The notes: generated by a model from the letters alone, not told the origin. Counted from the stretch's first letter, positions 29,403 to 37,525 are shown. The stretch is DNA of 64,000 bases from a virus (IMGVR_UViG_3300037722_001090), one strand, 5' to 3'. Program-made: numbers and translations.

Positions 29403-29545
29403 ATTCAATTGTTATTTAATTCTTTTAGTGCCTGTATTGGCAACTACTGCAAACATATTGTCCATTTCTTGTACGATTAACTTTTTCACCACACTTGGGA
29501 CAAAAGCCAATAATACAATTAAGGCTTTGCAGATACCACTTCGTA

Positions 29546-29902
29546 TTACTGATTAACTTCCTCAGCGGCATTGGTGCCCTCCGAGATAAGTCCTTCAATA
29601 ACAGCTTTAGCAGCAGCGTCATCATCACCGAAGAAGTCTTTCATCCGGCCAATGAAACGCTCACCACGAGCATTTTTGTCGGAAAGAAGAATATTTTCTT
29701 CAGTTTTAGCAGCTTCGAAAGCAACGAGAGCAGCTTGCAGAGCTTCAACGGCTTTTGCATTATCAGCGATAACGGCGGCATTCTTAGCAATACCAACCTT
29801 AACACGAGCTTCTGCCTTGTCAAAATAACCAAGACCAGCATCGATATCTTTGCTACCACTGCACTTGCCAAAATGAAACCATTTTTTAATAGCTTTAAGC
29901 AT
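29546..29902 (-). CDS. hypothetical coiled-coil protein
   Basis: 118-aa Ala-rich ORF. Confidence 0.7.
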   Translation of the reverse strand: MLKAIKKWFHFGKCSGSKDIDAGLGYFDKAEARVKVGIAKNAAVIADNAKAVEALQAALVAFEAAKTEENILLSDKNARGERFIGRMKDFFGDDDAAAKAVIEGLISEGTNAAEEVNQ

Positions 29903-29927
29903 TTTTTAAATCCTTTATAAGAGTTGT

Positions 29928-30005
29928 TGGCTAGGGATGAGAGATTCGAACTCCCGCAAGACGCAGGATCAAAACCTGCCGCTCTACCAATTGAGCTAAT
30001 CCCCA
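29928..30005 (-). tRNA. tRNA-Gln(TTG)
   Basis: GCAGG-TTTTGAT-CCTGC; CCA. Confidence 0.9.
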
Positions 30006-30059
30006 ATGAAAAATACAACCTAGTTTCGCACCATGCTAATAGGTTGGAATAATATGTTA

Positions 30060-30207
30060 TTGTGAGGAATAAACGATGAGAGTATATTATACGCGTTCTA
30101 GCCAGTTAAACTACAGCCCTAGATTATATTACACTAGTAGAGCCGTCAGGATTTGAACCTGAATTCCGTCCTTGACATGGAAGTAACTCTTATCTACACC
30201 ATCACAA
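30060..30207 (-). ncRNA. Y RNA-like 1 (YrlA-type, permuted tRNA module)
   Basis: TGTGA-TGGTGTAG-ATAAGAG-TTACTTC ... T arm, closed acceptor, D arm ... CTCATC-GTTTATTCC-TCACA. Confidence 0.8.
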
Positions 30208-30216
30208 AATAAAAAT

Positions 30217-30291
30217 TGGTAGCTCCTGACAGAATTGAACTGTCTTTTTCGCTTTGTAAGAGCGACGTAATGCCCATTATACCAAGGAGCT
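30217..30291 (-). tRNA. tRNA-Val(TAC)
   Basis: TCGCT-CTTACAA-AGCGA; CCA. Confidence 0.9.
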
Positions 30292-30303
30292 ATCTTATAA
30301 ATA

Positions 30304-30391
30304 TGTATAAGGAATTAGCGAAAACGGAAATGTGTGCTTGGTTTATATTCAATTATAAGTAAGAAGTAACCGTTCTCTTCGCCATTATACA
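30304..30391 (-). ncRNA. Y RNA-like 2 (short form)
   Basis: GTATAA-TGGCGAAG-AGAACGG-TTACTTC ... CCGTTTTC-GCTAATTCC-TTATAC; contains GNCGAAG. Confidence 0.78.
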
Positions 30392-30401
30392 ATTCTAAAT
30401 T

Positions 30402-30477
30402 TGGTGGGGCCTTCCGGTAACGATCCGAATTCTTCTGTTCTTCAAACAGACGTGAGCACCTGCTTCACCAAAGCCCC
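30402..30477 (-). tRNA. tRNA-Phe(GAA)
   Basis: TCTGT-TTGAAGA-ACAGA; variant T loop; CCA. Confidence 0.85.
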
Positions 30478-30754
30478 AAATACCTCATCAGTATGTAATT
30501 CGTAAAGTTAAGAGGCATACATTCCATGTACTTTATTACCGCAAGAGGCTCGCTCTTAACTAAATTGTAAACTATAGTCCATATATCCGTTACATTAAGT
30601 GGTTTTGAAACCTATGTCTTCAGTGCCCCTCCAACATACTTTACTTAAACGCCCACTACAAGACACAATGCTTGCTAAAAGTCTCGCGTAATATACAGAA
30701 TTGCCACGTAAACGTGGTCTTCAAGCCCGATAGATTAAATCCAGAGCGGGAACA

Positions 30755-30830
30755 TGGTGTGCGCGGTCGGGATTGAACCGACGACCTGTAGATTAAAAGT
30801 CCACTGCTCTACCAACTGAGCTACGCGTAC
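30755..30830 (-). tRNA. tRNA-Lys(TTT)
   Basis: GTGGA-CTTTTAA-TCTAC; CCA. Confidence 0.92.
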
Positions 30831-30833
30831 ATT

Positions 30834-30974
30834 TTTATTAGGGTATAAGCGAAAAGAGTGTTTAAATCGGATGCTCTACCAACTGAGCTATATCGTTCGC
30901 GTGAGCTTTCAATAATGGGAATTGAACCCATGACCGTCTGAGGGGAAGTATCTCTTATCTACGCCACTAATAAA
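30834..30974 (-). ncRNA. Y RNA-like 3 (YrlA-type)
   Basis: TTTATTAG-TGGCGTAG-ATAAGAG ... ATGGG-TTCAATT-CCCAT ... AGCTCAGTTGGTAGAGC ... CTCTTTTCGCTTATACC-CTAATAAA. Confidence 0.8.
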
Positions 30975-30980
30975 CTTTAA

Positions 30981-31400
30981 TTAACTTGTTCTACCTATAG
31001 TTAGATGTAATCCATAATCATATGGAAAACCCATCTCTTTTCTGATATCAATGAGAAAATCACATTCAACATCAATAAACCAAAAAGGACTTGGCACGCT
31101 TAAGCCAGTTCTATCACCAGCTTGTCTTACGTTGCTACTATAAGTAAATTCTACTTCTAAGCCATTATACTTTTTCCAAAGATCCATATTATTTGGAAAT
31201 GGCTTCTCTCCTCGTATGATCGAAACATGTGAACCCCAAGATGGTTTGTTAAGCTCAACCCCCATCTCTTTAAAGGCCCACCAGCGATAATATCTAGTAA
31301 TATCTGCATCAATATTAAGAACACACCACCAGTCTTTTTTTTTCTTAAGTCCTGGCCTATAAGGATCATACTGAATAATGCCTTTACTGCTATGAATCAT
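30981..31400 (-). CDS. 2H phosphoesterase family protein
   Basis: Two Hx(S/T) motifs: SHVSII and LHLTIG. Confidence 0.75.
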   Translation of the reverse strand: MIHSSKGIIQYDPYRPGLKKKKDWWCVLNIDADITRYYRWWAFKEMGVELNKPSWGSHVSIIRGEKPFPNNMDLWKKYNGLEVEFTYSSNVRQAGDRTGLSVPSPFWFIDVECDFLIDIRKEMGFPYDYGLHLTIGRTS

Positions 31401-31576
31401 TACACTTTATTAGGCGGATTTTCCTGCCAGCGCTTCAGAGCTTTTTCAGCAACAGGATCACCGGGATGAAGTTCAAGATGTTTAGCAAGAATACGCATTT
31501 TATTATCACGAGTACGTGCACGCTTAGCGGCAATTTCACCCGGAGTAGCTTTTTTACCATTTTTACCTTTAGCCAT
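31400..31576 (-). CDS. small basic hypothetical protein
   Basis: MAKGKNGKK..., GGAG RBS. Confidence 0.6.
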   Translation of the reverse strand: MAKGKNGKKATPGEIAAKRARTRDNKMRILAKHLELHPGDPVAEKALKRWQENPPNKV

Positions 31577-31604
31577 GACAAACTCCATAATTCTAGTTAT
31601 AGGT

Positions 31605-31681
31605 TGGTGCCCCATATTGGATTTGAACCAATGACCTTCCGCTTCGTAGGCGGACGCTCTATCCAGCTGAGCTAATGTGGC
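31605..31681 (-). tRNA. tRNA-Arg(ACG)
   Basis: TCCGC-CTACGAA-GCGGA; CCA. Confidence 0.92.
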
Positions 31682-31687
31682 AAATTA

Positions 31688-31830
31688 TTTTACAAGGAAC
31701 AAACGACAACACAAATTTTTAGCGCTCTACCGATTGAGCTACACATATGCTTTTGGCATACATGACAGGACTCGAACCTGCAACCACTCTATTAGCATTA
31801 GATGTAAGTGTTATCTACGCCATTGTAAAA
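31688..31830 (-). ncRNA. Y RNA-like 4 (YrlA-type)
   Basis: TTTTACAA-TGGCGTAG-ATAACAC ... GCAGG-TTCGAGT-CCTGT, closed acceptor, D arm ... GTCGTTTGTTCC-TTGTAAAA. Confidence 0.8.
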
Positions 31831-31841
31831 CTGAAATTTTC

Positions 31842-32001
31842 TTAAGAAATATAAGGAACATTCGGATACAGATAGTTTTTTGTGCTACCATTACAACACA
31901 TGCCCATGTTTCATTATGGTGGACACGCTCGGATTCGAACCGAGACCGCATTATTATAAGTATTGAAGTAACTGTATTCTACACCATTATATTTTTCTTA
32001 A
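31842..32001 (-). ncRNA. Y RNA-like 5 (YrlA-type)
   Basis: TATAA-TGGTGTAG-AATACAG-TTACTTC ... CTCGG-TTCGAAT-CCGAG-CGTGTCC-ACCA ... GGGCATG, D arm ... CTGTATCCGAATGTTCC-TTATA. Confidence 0.8.
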
Positions 32002-32005
32002 ACTT

Positions 32006-32078
32006 TGGTACCGCTGCAGGGAGTTGATACCCCGATTTCCTAGTGGTGTACTAATGGTATTGCTTATACGACAGCGAT
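32006..32078 (-). pseudogene. degenerate tRNA-like gene
   Basis: ATCGCTG/CAGCGGT-A-CCA; non-canonical D, anticodon and T loops. Confidence 0.5.
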
Positions 32079-32178
32079 AAATTTTGGTGCCAGGTATCGG
32101 AATTTAACCGTTTTTCGAAGACATAGGTAATGATCCTAATCCCCAGTGCTGCATAACCAGACCCAACATGATTTCTTT

Positions 32179-32264
32179 TGGTACCCGACCCCGGACTCGA
32201 ACCGGGACGCCTTGCGGCATGGGGCCTAAACCCAACGGCTATACCATAGTTCGCCTAGCCGGGC
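32179..32264 (-). tRNA. tRNA-Leu(TAG)
   Basis: Loop TTTAGGC, long variable arm, CCA. Confidence 0.9.
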
Positions 32265-32271
32265 ACATTGT

Positions 32272-32787
32272 TTAACCATTATATCCTTTAAACCACTCAT
32301 CAAGCTCAGGATCTTTATGTCTTTTAACTATAAACTCATAAAGCATAGGCTGATAAGGTTTATAACTTTTCTTGAAATAGCTCATTCCAGCTTCTTCAGG
32401 TGTTCTATCTGCTTTTTTCTGATTACAATCATGACAAGCAGATGCTACATTGTCCCAGGTAGTCTTACCTCCCTTAGAGGAAGGAACTACGTGTTCAATT
32501 TCAAGTTGTTTTATGGTCAATGATGCGCCACAATAAACACAGCGATAGCCATCTCTTTCAACCATATTTTCTTTGCTGAATCTTAGTCGCTTACCATATA
32601 GCCCTTTAGCTAAATCAAACAGCTTTATCTTCTTTGGAACGAAGCTAGTCTCACGTATATTACTCAAGTCACCTTCGTAATCAACAAGAAAGGCTTTGCC
32701 GTTTTCAATCATATGCTTAGCGCGTCTGGTTGAAACTTTATTGATGCATGCAAAGTCAGCGTTGAGTACTGAAACTGACCCTTTCAT
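32272..32787 (-). CDS. HNH endonuclease (McrA-like fold)
   Basis: ERDGYRCVYCG, EHVVPSSKGG, NVASACHDCNQKKADRTPEEAGM. Confidence 0.9.
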   Translation of the reverse strand: MKGSVSVLNADFACINKVSTRRAKHMIENGKAFLVDYEGDLSNIRETSFVPKKIKLFDLAKGLYGKRLRFSKENMVERDGYRCVYCGASLTIKQLEIEHVVPSSKGGKTTWDNVASACHDCNQKKADRTPEEAGMSYFKKSYKPYQPMLYEFIVKRHKDPELDEWFKGYNG

Positions 32788-32821
32788 AATACACACTAGA
32801 CCTTTCTTTTTATTTTATTGT

Positions 32822-32899
32822 TGGTGTGACCGAGGAGATTTGAACTCCCGTTCATTGATTCACAGTCAATGCGATTAGCCTAGCTATCTTACAGTCACC
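32822..32899 (-). tRNA. tRNA-His(GTG)
   Basis: ATTGA-CTGTGAA-TCAAT; encoded G-1, with A rather than C at 73. Confidence 0.88.
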
Positions 32900-32902
32900 A
32901 CA

Positions 32903-32986
32903 TTGCAGGTACATGGGGAATCGAACCCAAAAGTGAAGAGTTTTGGAGGCTCTTGCTAACCCAGCTAGCTTTACACTCACGCACCT
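32903..32986 (-). tRNA. tRNA-Trp(CCA) with an enlarged D region
   Basis: Loop CTCCAAA; AGGTGCG/TGTACCT-G. Confidence 0.75.
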
Positions 32987-33423
32987 AAAATCGAGCTAGT
33001 TTTGTACATCGGAAACTAGCAACCTTCTGCTTACTTATCGTGTAAGTGTCCCAGACAATAAACATACAAATAAAGGGCAGGGTTTTTACCTGCATCAATA
33101 GACAATCCTTTCTTAAGGGACTGACCCTCACTAAAGAAGGTTACATATTTATATGCTTATTTTCATATAATGAGTTCTCTCCACTCAATAAGTCAAGCCT
33201 TGAAGCTACATGCAAGTCGCTATGCTTCTTACATATACCTTACCGTCAATACGGAGTATGCCGGCTTTCACCACTTTAATCAATAATCCACTCTTGGCGT
33301 TCCTTCCAAGCGATATCTGTCAATTCAGATCTAAATGGTGCGCATTCATTTTTATGGTACTCTTAGAGGGCTCGTAAGCCAAAACCATGCTATTATTGTT
33401 CAGCGTTTAGGAAATATTATTTT

Positions 33424-33468
33424 TGGTTGGGATAACTGGATTTGAACCAGTGACCCCCGAGTTATCAG
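33424..33468 (-). pseudogene. 3' part of the old tRNA-Ile(GAT)
   Basis: CTGATAA-CTCGG-GGGTC-ACTGG-TTCAAAT-CCAGT-TATCCCA-A-CCA. Confidence 0.9.
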
Positions 33469-33472
33469 CTTT

Positions 33473-33546
33473 TGGTACGCTCACTAAGAATTGAACTTAG
33501 ATGGTCCGGTTATCAGCCGAATCCTCTACCGTTGAGGTATGAGCGT
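33473..33546 (-). tRNA. tRNA-Ile(GAT), cassette-borne copy
   Basis: TTCGG-CTGATAA-CCGGA; ACGCTCA/TGAGCGT-A-CCA. Confidence 0.9.
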
Positions 33547-33561
33547 ATAGTTTCGAATTTA

Positions 33562-33571
33562 GTTATTAACA
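33562..33571 (+). promoter_or_regulatory. GTTATTAACA motif
   Basis: 28 nt upstream of the HNH start. Confidence 0.65.
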
Positions 33572-33599
33572 CTTATCACATATTGATAAGGAGTTAATA

Positions 33600-34085
33600 A
33601 TGAATTCATGCTTAAATTGTAGTAAAGAAACACTTAATCCAGTATTTTGTTCACGCTCATGTTCTGCTTCCTATGCTAATAAAATAAAGCCAAAACGTAA
33701 GAAAGAGGGTAAATGTGCAATCTGTAATGAAATAATCTCTGCTTCAAGGGCTTATTGTTCAGATATTTGTCGTGGTAAAGCTAGATCTATTGCCCGTAAA
33801 AATTCTAAAGCAAAAACGGGATATGAAAATATAAAAACCCACCGGCAAAAAGTCAAATTAAGAGCCGTACAATATAAAGGAGATAAATGTCAAATATGTA
33901 ATTATGATAAAACACCAGTTAATCTATCATTTCATCATTTAAATCCAGGTAAAAAAGATTTTAACCTTAGTGGTAATTATCACTTAACCTGGGAGACAAT
34001 ACAGGCTGAACTTGATAAATGTATTTTATTATGTATGAATTGTCATGGAGAAGTTCATGTAGGAATTATAAAAATTCCAGACTGA
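33600..34085 (+). CDS. HNH homing endonuclease
   Basis: CLNC, FCSRSC; CQICNY, SFHH, KCILLCMNCHGEVH. Confidence 0.9.
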   Translation: MNSCLNCSKETLNPVFCSRSCSASYANKIKPKRKKEGKCAICNEIISASRAYCSDICRGKARSIARKNSKAKTGYENIKTHRQKVKLRAVQYKGDKCQICNYDKTPVNLSFHHLNPGKKDFNLSGNYHLTWETIQAELDKCILLCMNCHGEVHVGIIKIPD

Positions 34086-34096
34086 GCTATACCCCA
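34077..34096 (-). pseudogene. 5' fragment of the old tRNA-Ile
   Basis: TGGGGTA-TA-GCTC-AGTCTGG; acceptor complements TATCCCA. Confidence 0.85.
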
Positions 34097-34102
34097 ATAA
34101 AC

Positions 34103-34170
34103 TGTGGAAGAACTGACGAGTCATCGTCAACAGGATATCACTTGCAACCCTACAGGAGGGAAATTCTTCC
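34103..34170 (-). ncRNA. tRNA-like element with an acceptor stem
   Basis: GGAAGAA/TTCTTCC-A; hairpin TGACGA-TGAC-TCGTCA. Confidence 0.4.
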
Positions 34171-34218
34171 ATAACTTTTTTTTAACTGGAGCGGGTAATC
34201 GGGCTACCTGCTTTTTAT

Positions 34219-34293
34219 TAGAGCGGATGGTCGGGATCGAACCGACGACAAACAGTTTGGAAAACTGCAATTCTACCACTGAATTACACCCGC
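34219..34293 (-). tRNA. tRNA-Gly(TCC)
   Basis: GCAGT-TTTCCAA-ACTGT; CCA not encoded. Confidence 0.9.
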
Positions 34294-34308
34294 ATTGAAC
34301 TTTTTAAC

Positions 34309-34393
34309 TAGTGGGACGGATAGGACTCGAACCTATGAAACCCGAAGGTGGAAGATTTACAGTCTTCTGCAATTGCCACTATGCGACTGTCCC
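34309..34393 (-). tRNA. tRNA-Tyr(GTA)
   Basis: GAAGA-CTGTAAA-TCTTC, long variable arm. Confidence 0.92.
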
Positions 34394-34760
34394 ATGATGC
34401 CACCCATAGGTGGACTTTTATTTATTGATTGGCCCCCTTCTGATCTAAAGAGCATTTAATCAAATCCGCTTGAACCAATCTTCTAGATATAATTGAGGAT
34501 TTTCTTTATAGACGTGAACTCATCCTCTGCAAACATGTCTTTCCGATAAGAGTGTAGGATTATTTTATCTTACGGGAGCTTACTCCGCTACTTCAATACC
34601 GCTAGGCTTCACCTGATTGCTTATGTCAGTCACGCCATCACCGCACATAAGGCGTGCGTCCCAGTTTCCTCTTATCTAGCAACTCAAGCCATAGACGCCT
34701 GATCCGTTCAGGTCAATTAAGAACACGATATCACAATCGGCCCTCTATGGGTTTCGTATT

Positions 34761-34814
34761 TGGTGCCAGACCAGCTGCAACCATGAATCACAGCTCTCTC
34801 GAGATCCGTCTGGC
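34761..34814 (-). ncRNA. mini tRNA-like element
   Basis: GCCAGAC/GTCTGGC-A-CCA enclosing only about 36 nt. Confidence 0.45.
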
Positions 34815-34830
34815 TTTTTGTTAAACTAAT

Positions 34831-34905
34831 TGTGGACCCTATCGGGCTCGAACCGATAACCTCCTAAGTGCAAGTCAGGTGCTCCCCCAGTTGAGCTAAG
34901 GGCCC
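34831..34905 (-). tRNA. tRNA-Ala(TGC)
   Basis: CCTGA-CTTGCAC-TTAGG; G3:U70. Confidence 0.92.
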
Positions 34906-34916
34906 ATTGTAAAATT

Positions 34917-34990
34917 TGGTCGAAAGTGATGGACTTTAACCACCGGCCTCCTCCACCCAAGGAGGTGCCCCTTCACCGGGCCGACTTTCG
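34917..34990 (-). tRNA. atypical tRNA-Pro-like gene (6-nt anticodon loop)
   Basis: CGAAAGT/ACTTTCG-A-CCA; CCTCC-TTGGGT-GGAGG; T loop TTAAAGT. Confidence 0.6.
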
Positions 34991-34997
34991 AAATTTT

Positions 34998-35076
34998 TGG
35001 ATGCGGATGCTAGATTTGAACTAGCGATCTTTTGGTTATGAGCCAAATGGGATAGGCCAGACTTCCCCAATCCGCA
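34998..35076 (-). tRNA. tRNA-Met(CAT)
   Basis: TTTGG-CTCATAA-CCAAA; TTCAAAT; CCA. Confidence 0.85.
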
Positions 35077-35102
35077 AAACCATGTAGTTTTTTTTATGAA
35101 AC

Positions 35103-35600
35103 TTAAGAAAGCAAGTTCATTGCTTTAACAAACTTTGAAGCTCCAATGATTTCAGCAGCATCATAAAAAGCATTTACTTCTTCCTGCGTTGCAATACGCA
35201 TATTCTCTTCAGTAAAATGAGGAAGATTATTGCCTACAGCACCACCAATATCGACAGCATTCTTGCCTTGATATACAGCAATAAGCTCTCCAATAGCATA
35301 GCTATGACTGTTAGTATTGTCAAGAAGAAGAATCATAGCACCTTTGGGTGCTCCAAGGACAGAAGGCAGCAAAATATCTTTGGATTTAGTAGTGATCTTT
35401 TCACCAATAAGTTCTCCTACAATACCAATAATATCTCTTTTGCCACCAGAGCAAAAGTTACCCGATCCATTGATAAGAGCTAGAAGCTTTTTAGCCTTCT
35501 CACTAGGCTCTTTCTCTTTTTCAGTATAAGCTTTTTCAAGAATAGCAGACAATTGCTTTGTTGCTTCTAGAGACATTGCTCTAAGTTCTTTCAGATCCAT
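35103..35600 (-). CDS. hypothetical protein
   Basis: Start MDLKELRAM; weakly resembles the 54927-55469 ORF (R.A..EE...F). Confidence 0.7.
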   Translation of the reverse strand: MDLKELRAMSLEATKQLSAILEKAYTEKEKEPSEKAKKLLALINGSGNFCSGGKRDIIGIVGELIGEKITTKSKDILLPSVLGAPKGAMILLLDNTNSHSYAIGELIAVYQGKNAVDIGGAVGNNLPHFTEENMRIATQEEVNAFYDAAEIIGASKFVKAMNLLS

Positions 35601-35637
35601 TTTAAAATTTCCTAAAAAGTTGTTTAAAGATACGGTG

Positions 35638-35988
35638 TTACATTTCAGAAATAAAACAATGACCATCATGTTCAACGGCCACACGAGTAGCAGGACCTAA
35701 AAGGTCACTATATTTACGAAGCCATAAACTGATTGTTGGTTGTGCTACACCAGTACTGAGAACGGCATTATAAAGCTCCTTGAACTTAATGGGAGCAGAA
35801 AATCTCCCACTTCTTCCACGGCCTAAGCGATAGTTAGGTCCAGCAGCAGCTTCAAGCTCTTTCGCAATAATACGGCGGGCTTTATATCCATATTGAGCAC
35901 CATGTGTAGGTACTCCTGGGATTTCTGCTTGTTGACGAAATTTCACTGCACGACAATCATTAAGCGCTTGTAAAAATTCCTTAGTCAT
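35638..35988 (-). CDS. hypothetical protein
   Basis: 116-aa ORF with a GAGG RBS. Confidence 0.7.
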   Translation of the reverse strand: MTKEFLQALNDCRAVKFRQQAEIPGVPTHGAQYGYKARRIIAKELEAAAGPNYRLGRGRSGRFSAPIKFKELYNAVLSTGVAQPTISLWLRKYSDLLGPATRVAVEHDGHCFISEM

Positions 35989-36010
35989 ACTAAAAATTCC
36001 TCAAAAATGT

Positions 36011-36085
36011 TGGCGGCATAGACCGGGATTGAACCGGCAACTTCCTATTCGACAGACAGGCACTCTACCATTGAGTTACTACGCC
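36011..36085 (-). tRNA. tRNA-Asp(GTC)
   Basis: CCTGT-CTGTCGA-ATAGG; G73; CCA. Confidence 0.92.
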
Positions 36086-36094
36086 AGTTAATTT

Positions 36095-36177
36095 TGGCTC
36101 TGAGAGTTGGATTTGAACCAACGACCTCGCTTTTTAAAGGCGGCCACCTACGCGCTCTACCACTGAGCTATCTCAGA
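36095..36177 (-). ncRNA. tRNA body with a distorted anticodon arm (contains CTTTAAA)
   Basis: Canonical acceptor, D and T arms; about 9 extra nt in the anticodon region. Confidence 0.65.
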
Positions 36178-36191
36178 ACACTATTCAGTTT

Positions 36192-36270
36192 TGGTTACCA
36201 GGACCGGAGTTGCACCGATGACCACCTACCCGTGTAGATAAGTAGCTCTTTTACTGAGTCTTACCCGGCA
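36192..36270 (-). tRNA. atypical tRNA (Val-like, 8-nt loop ATCTACAC)
   Basis: TGCCGGG/CCTGGTA-A-CCA; T loop TGCAACT. Confidence 0.5.
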
Positions 36271-36284
36271 ACATAATTTTTTAT

Positions 36285-36360
36285 TAGCAGTCGCACCGAG
36301 GATCGAACTCGGCTCTCAATCTTGAAAGGATTGCGTCCTGGCCTACTAGACGATGCAACC
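36285..36360 (-). tRNA. tRNA-Glu(TTC)
   Basis: CAATC-CTTTCAA-GATTG. Confidence 0.9.
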
Positions 36361-36375
36361 AAAAACCTTAAGTAA

Positions 36376-36453
36376 TGGAGCCCACTATCGGATTCGAACC
36401 GATGACCTACGGGTTACAAATCCGTTGCTCTGGCCGAACTGAGCTAAGCGGGC
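36376..36453 (-). tRNA. tRNA-Thr(TGT)
   Basis: Loop TTTGTAA; CCA. Confidence 0.92.
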
Positions 36454-36460
36454 AATTAAT

Positions 36461-36534
36461 TGGTGGGCCTTATCAGACGTTACCCTGATCCAACTGCATG
36501 TACTGTGCAGCTGAGCAACTTACACTATCGTCCC
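36461..36534 (-). pseudogene. degenerate tRNA-like gene
   Basis: CCA end; CTGCA-CAGTACA-TGCAG arm; mismatched acceptor. Confidence 0.45.
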
Positions 36535-36560
36535 ATATTAAATTTTTTATTACTACTTAT

Positions 36561-36652
36561 TGGCTCCCCAGAGTGGGCTCGAACCACTATACCGCTCTCG
36601 CGGAATACACTTGATTAACAGTCAAGCCTCTTACCAATTAGAGTACCGAGGA
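36561..36652 (-). tRNA. tRNA-Asn(GTT) with a long variable arm
   Basis: CTTGA-CTGTTAA-TCAAG; variable hairpin TTCCGC-GAGA-GCGGTA; G73; CCA. Confidence 0.85.
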
Positions 36653-37189
36653 ATGGTATTTTTTATATCTTTTTCTTACAGCAGCTTCAGAAATATCTAG
36701 TATCTCTGAAATTTGTACATTAGTCATGGTCTTTTTTAGTTCTGTTAAATCTATTTTATCCCAATTGACTTTTCCTGATAGCTTAGCTGCACAATTATGA
36801 GAACAAGTTTTATTATACATTGGTTTTGAAGCACCACAAACAGGACACTCATTAATTTTAACAGTTATCATCTTGTATTCAGCATATTTTTCATTAAAAT
36901 ATTGTTTAACTTCAGGACTAGTTCTTATTCCTGAATGTATTTCGCAATGACAATTATGACATAAAAGAATACATTTTCTTAATTCTATAATAATTTTTTC
37001 CCAAGCCTTAGGATTACCTCTTATTGCTCCAAGAGTAAATTCTTTTTTACTAGGATCAAGATGGTGCAAAGCTAACGCGTCATTACACTTATCATATCCA
37101 CAACAAGAGCATTTACCTCCCATTGATAATACAATTCTTTCTTTTGTTTTTTTACGCCACTCTTTAACACGCTCAGAACCTTCACTCAT
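36638..37189 (-). CDS. HNH homing endonuclease with a C-terminal HTH
   Basis: CSCCGY, LALHH, KCILLCHNCHCEIH; stop codon lies inside the tRNA-Asn 5' end. Confidence 0.9.
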   Translation of the reverse strand: MSEGSERVKEWRKKTKERIVLSMGGKCSCCGYDKCNDALALHHLDPSKKEFTLGAIRGNPKAWEKIIIELRKCILLCHNCHCEIHSGIRTSPEVKQYFNEKYAEYKMITVKINECPVCGASKPMYNKTCSHNCAAKLSGKVNWDKIDLTELKKTMTNVQISEILDISEAAVRKRYKKYHSSVL

Positions 37190-37219
37190 AGAACCTCCAA
37201 CATAATTATTAACTATACA

Positions 37220-37229
37220 TGTTAATAAC
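37220..37229 (-). promoter_or_regulatory. GTTATTAACA motif
   Basis: 30 nt upstream of the HNH start. Confidence 0.65.
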
Positions 37230-37356
37230 TACATTATGGTTCTAAGAGTTTTACATTTTTAAAACGAGCACTGGGAGCTTGGTACTCTCTATCACGATCA
37301 AGTCGTGCTTCGCCTACCAGTTTTATCTAGTACTTAGACTCATTTTAATAATTTAT

Positions 37357-37429
37357 TACCCAAGAACAAACGAAAACAGTGTTGGTTTCAATTCAAAGGT
37401 GAAGTAACTGTTTTCTAACACTATGGGTA
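37357..37429 (-). ncRNA. Y RNA-like 6 (short form)
   Basis: TACCCA-TAGTGTTAG-AAAACAG-TTACTTC ... CTGTTTTCGTTTGTTCT-TGGGTA. Confidence 0.72.
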
Positions 37430-37448
37430 TATTTTTAACTTTTTCTTA

Positions 37449-37525
37449 TGGTCGGAATAGCAAGAATCGAACTTGCGACCTCTCCCTCCCAAGGGGAGCG
37501 CTCTACCAGGCTGAGCCATATTCCG
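37449..37525 (-). tRNA. tRNA-Pro(TGG)
   Basis: CTCCC-CTTGGGA-GGGAG; CCA. Confidence 0.93.

Noticed and set aside
32272-32787. This HNH as another tRNA-swap cassette
   Set aside because: McrA-like family, no GTTAWTAAC motif, and both neighbouring tRNAs are intact.
34187-34203. TGGAGCGGGTAATCGGG as a separate tRNA
   Set aside because: It is only a 17-nt Gly-like 3' remnant, with no 5' partner or nuclease link found.
34397-34755. RNase P RNA
   Set aside because: GAGGAAAC and ATCAGAAGGGGGCCAA resemble the conserved regions, but I could not build the P4 pairing.
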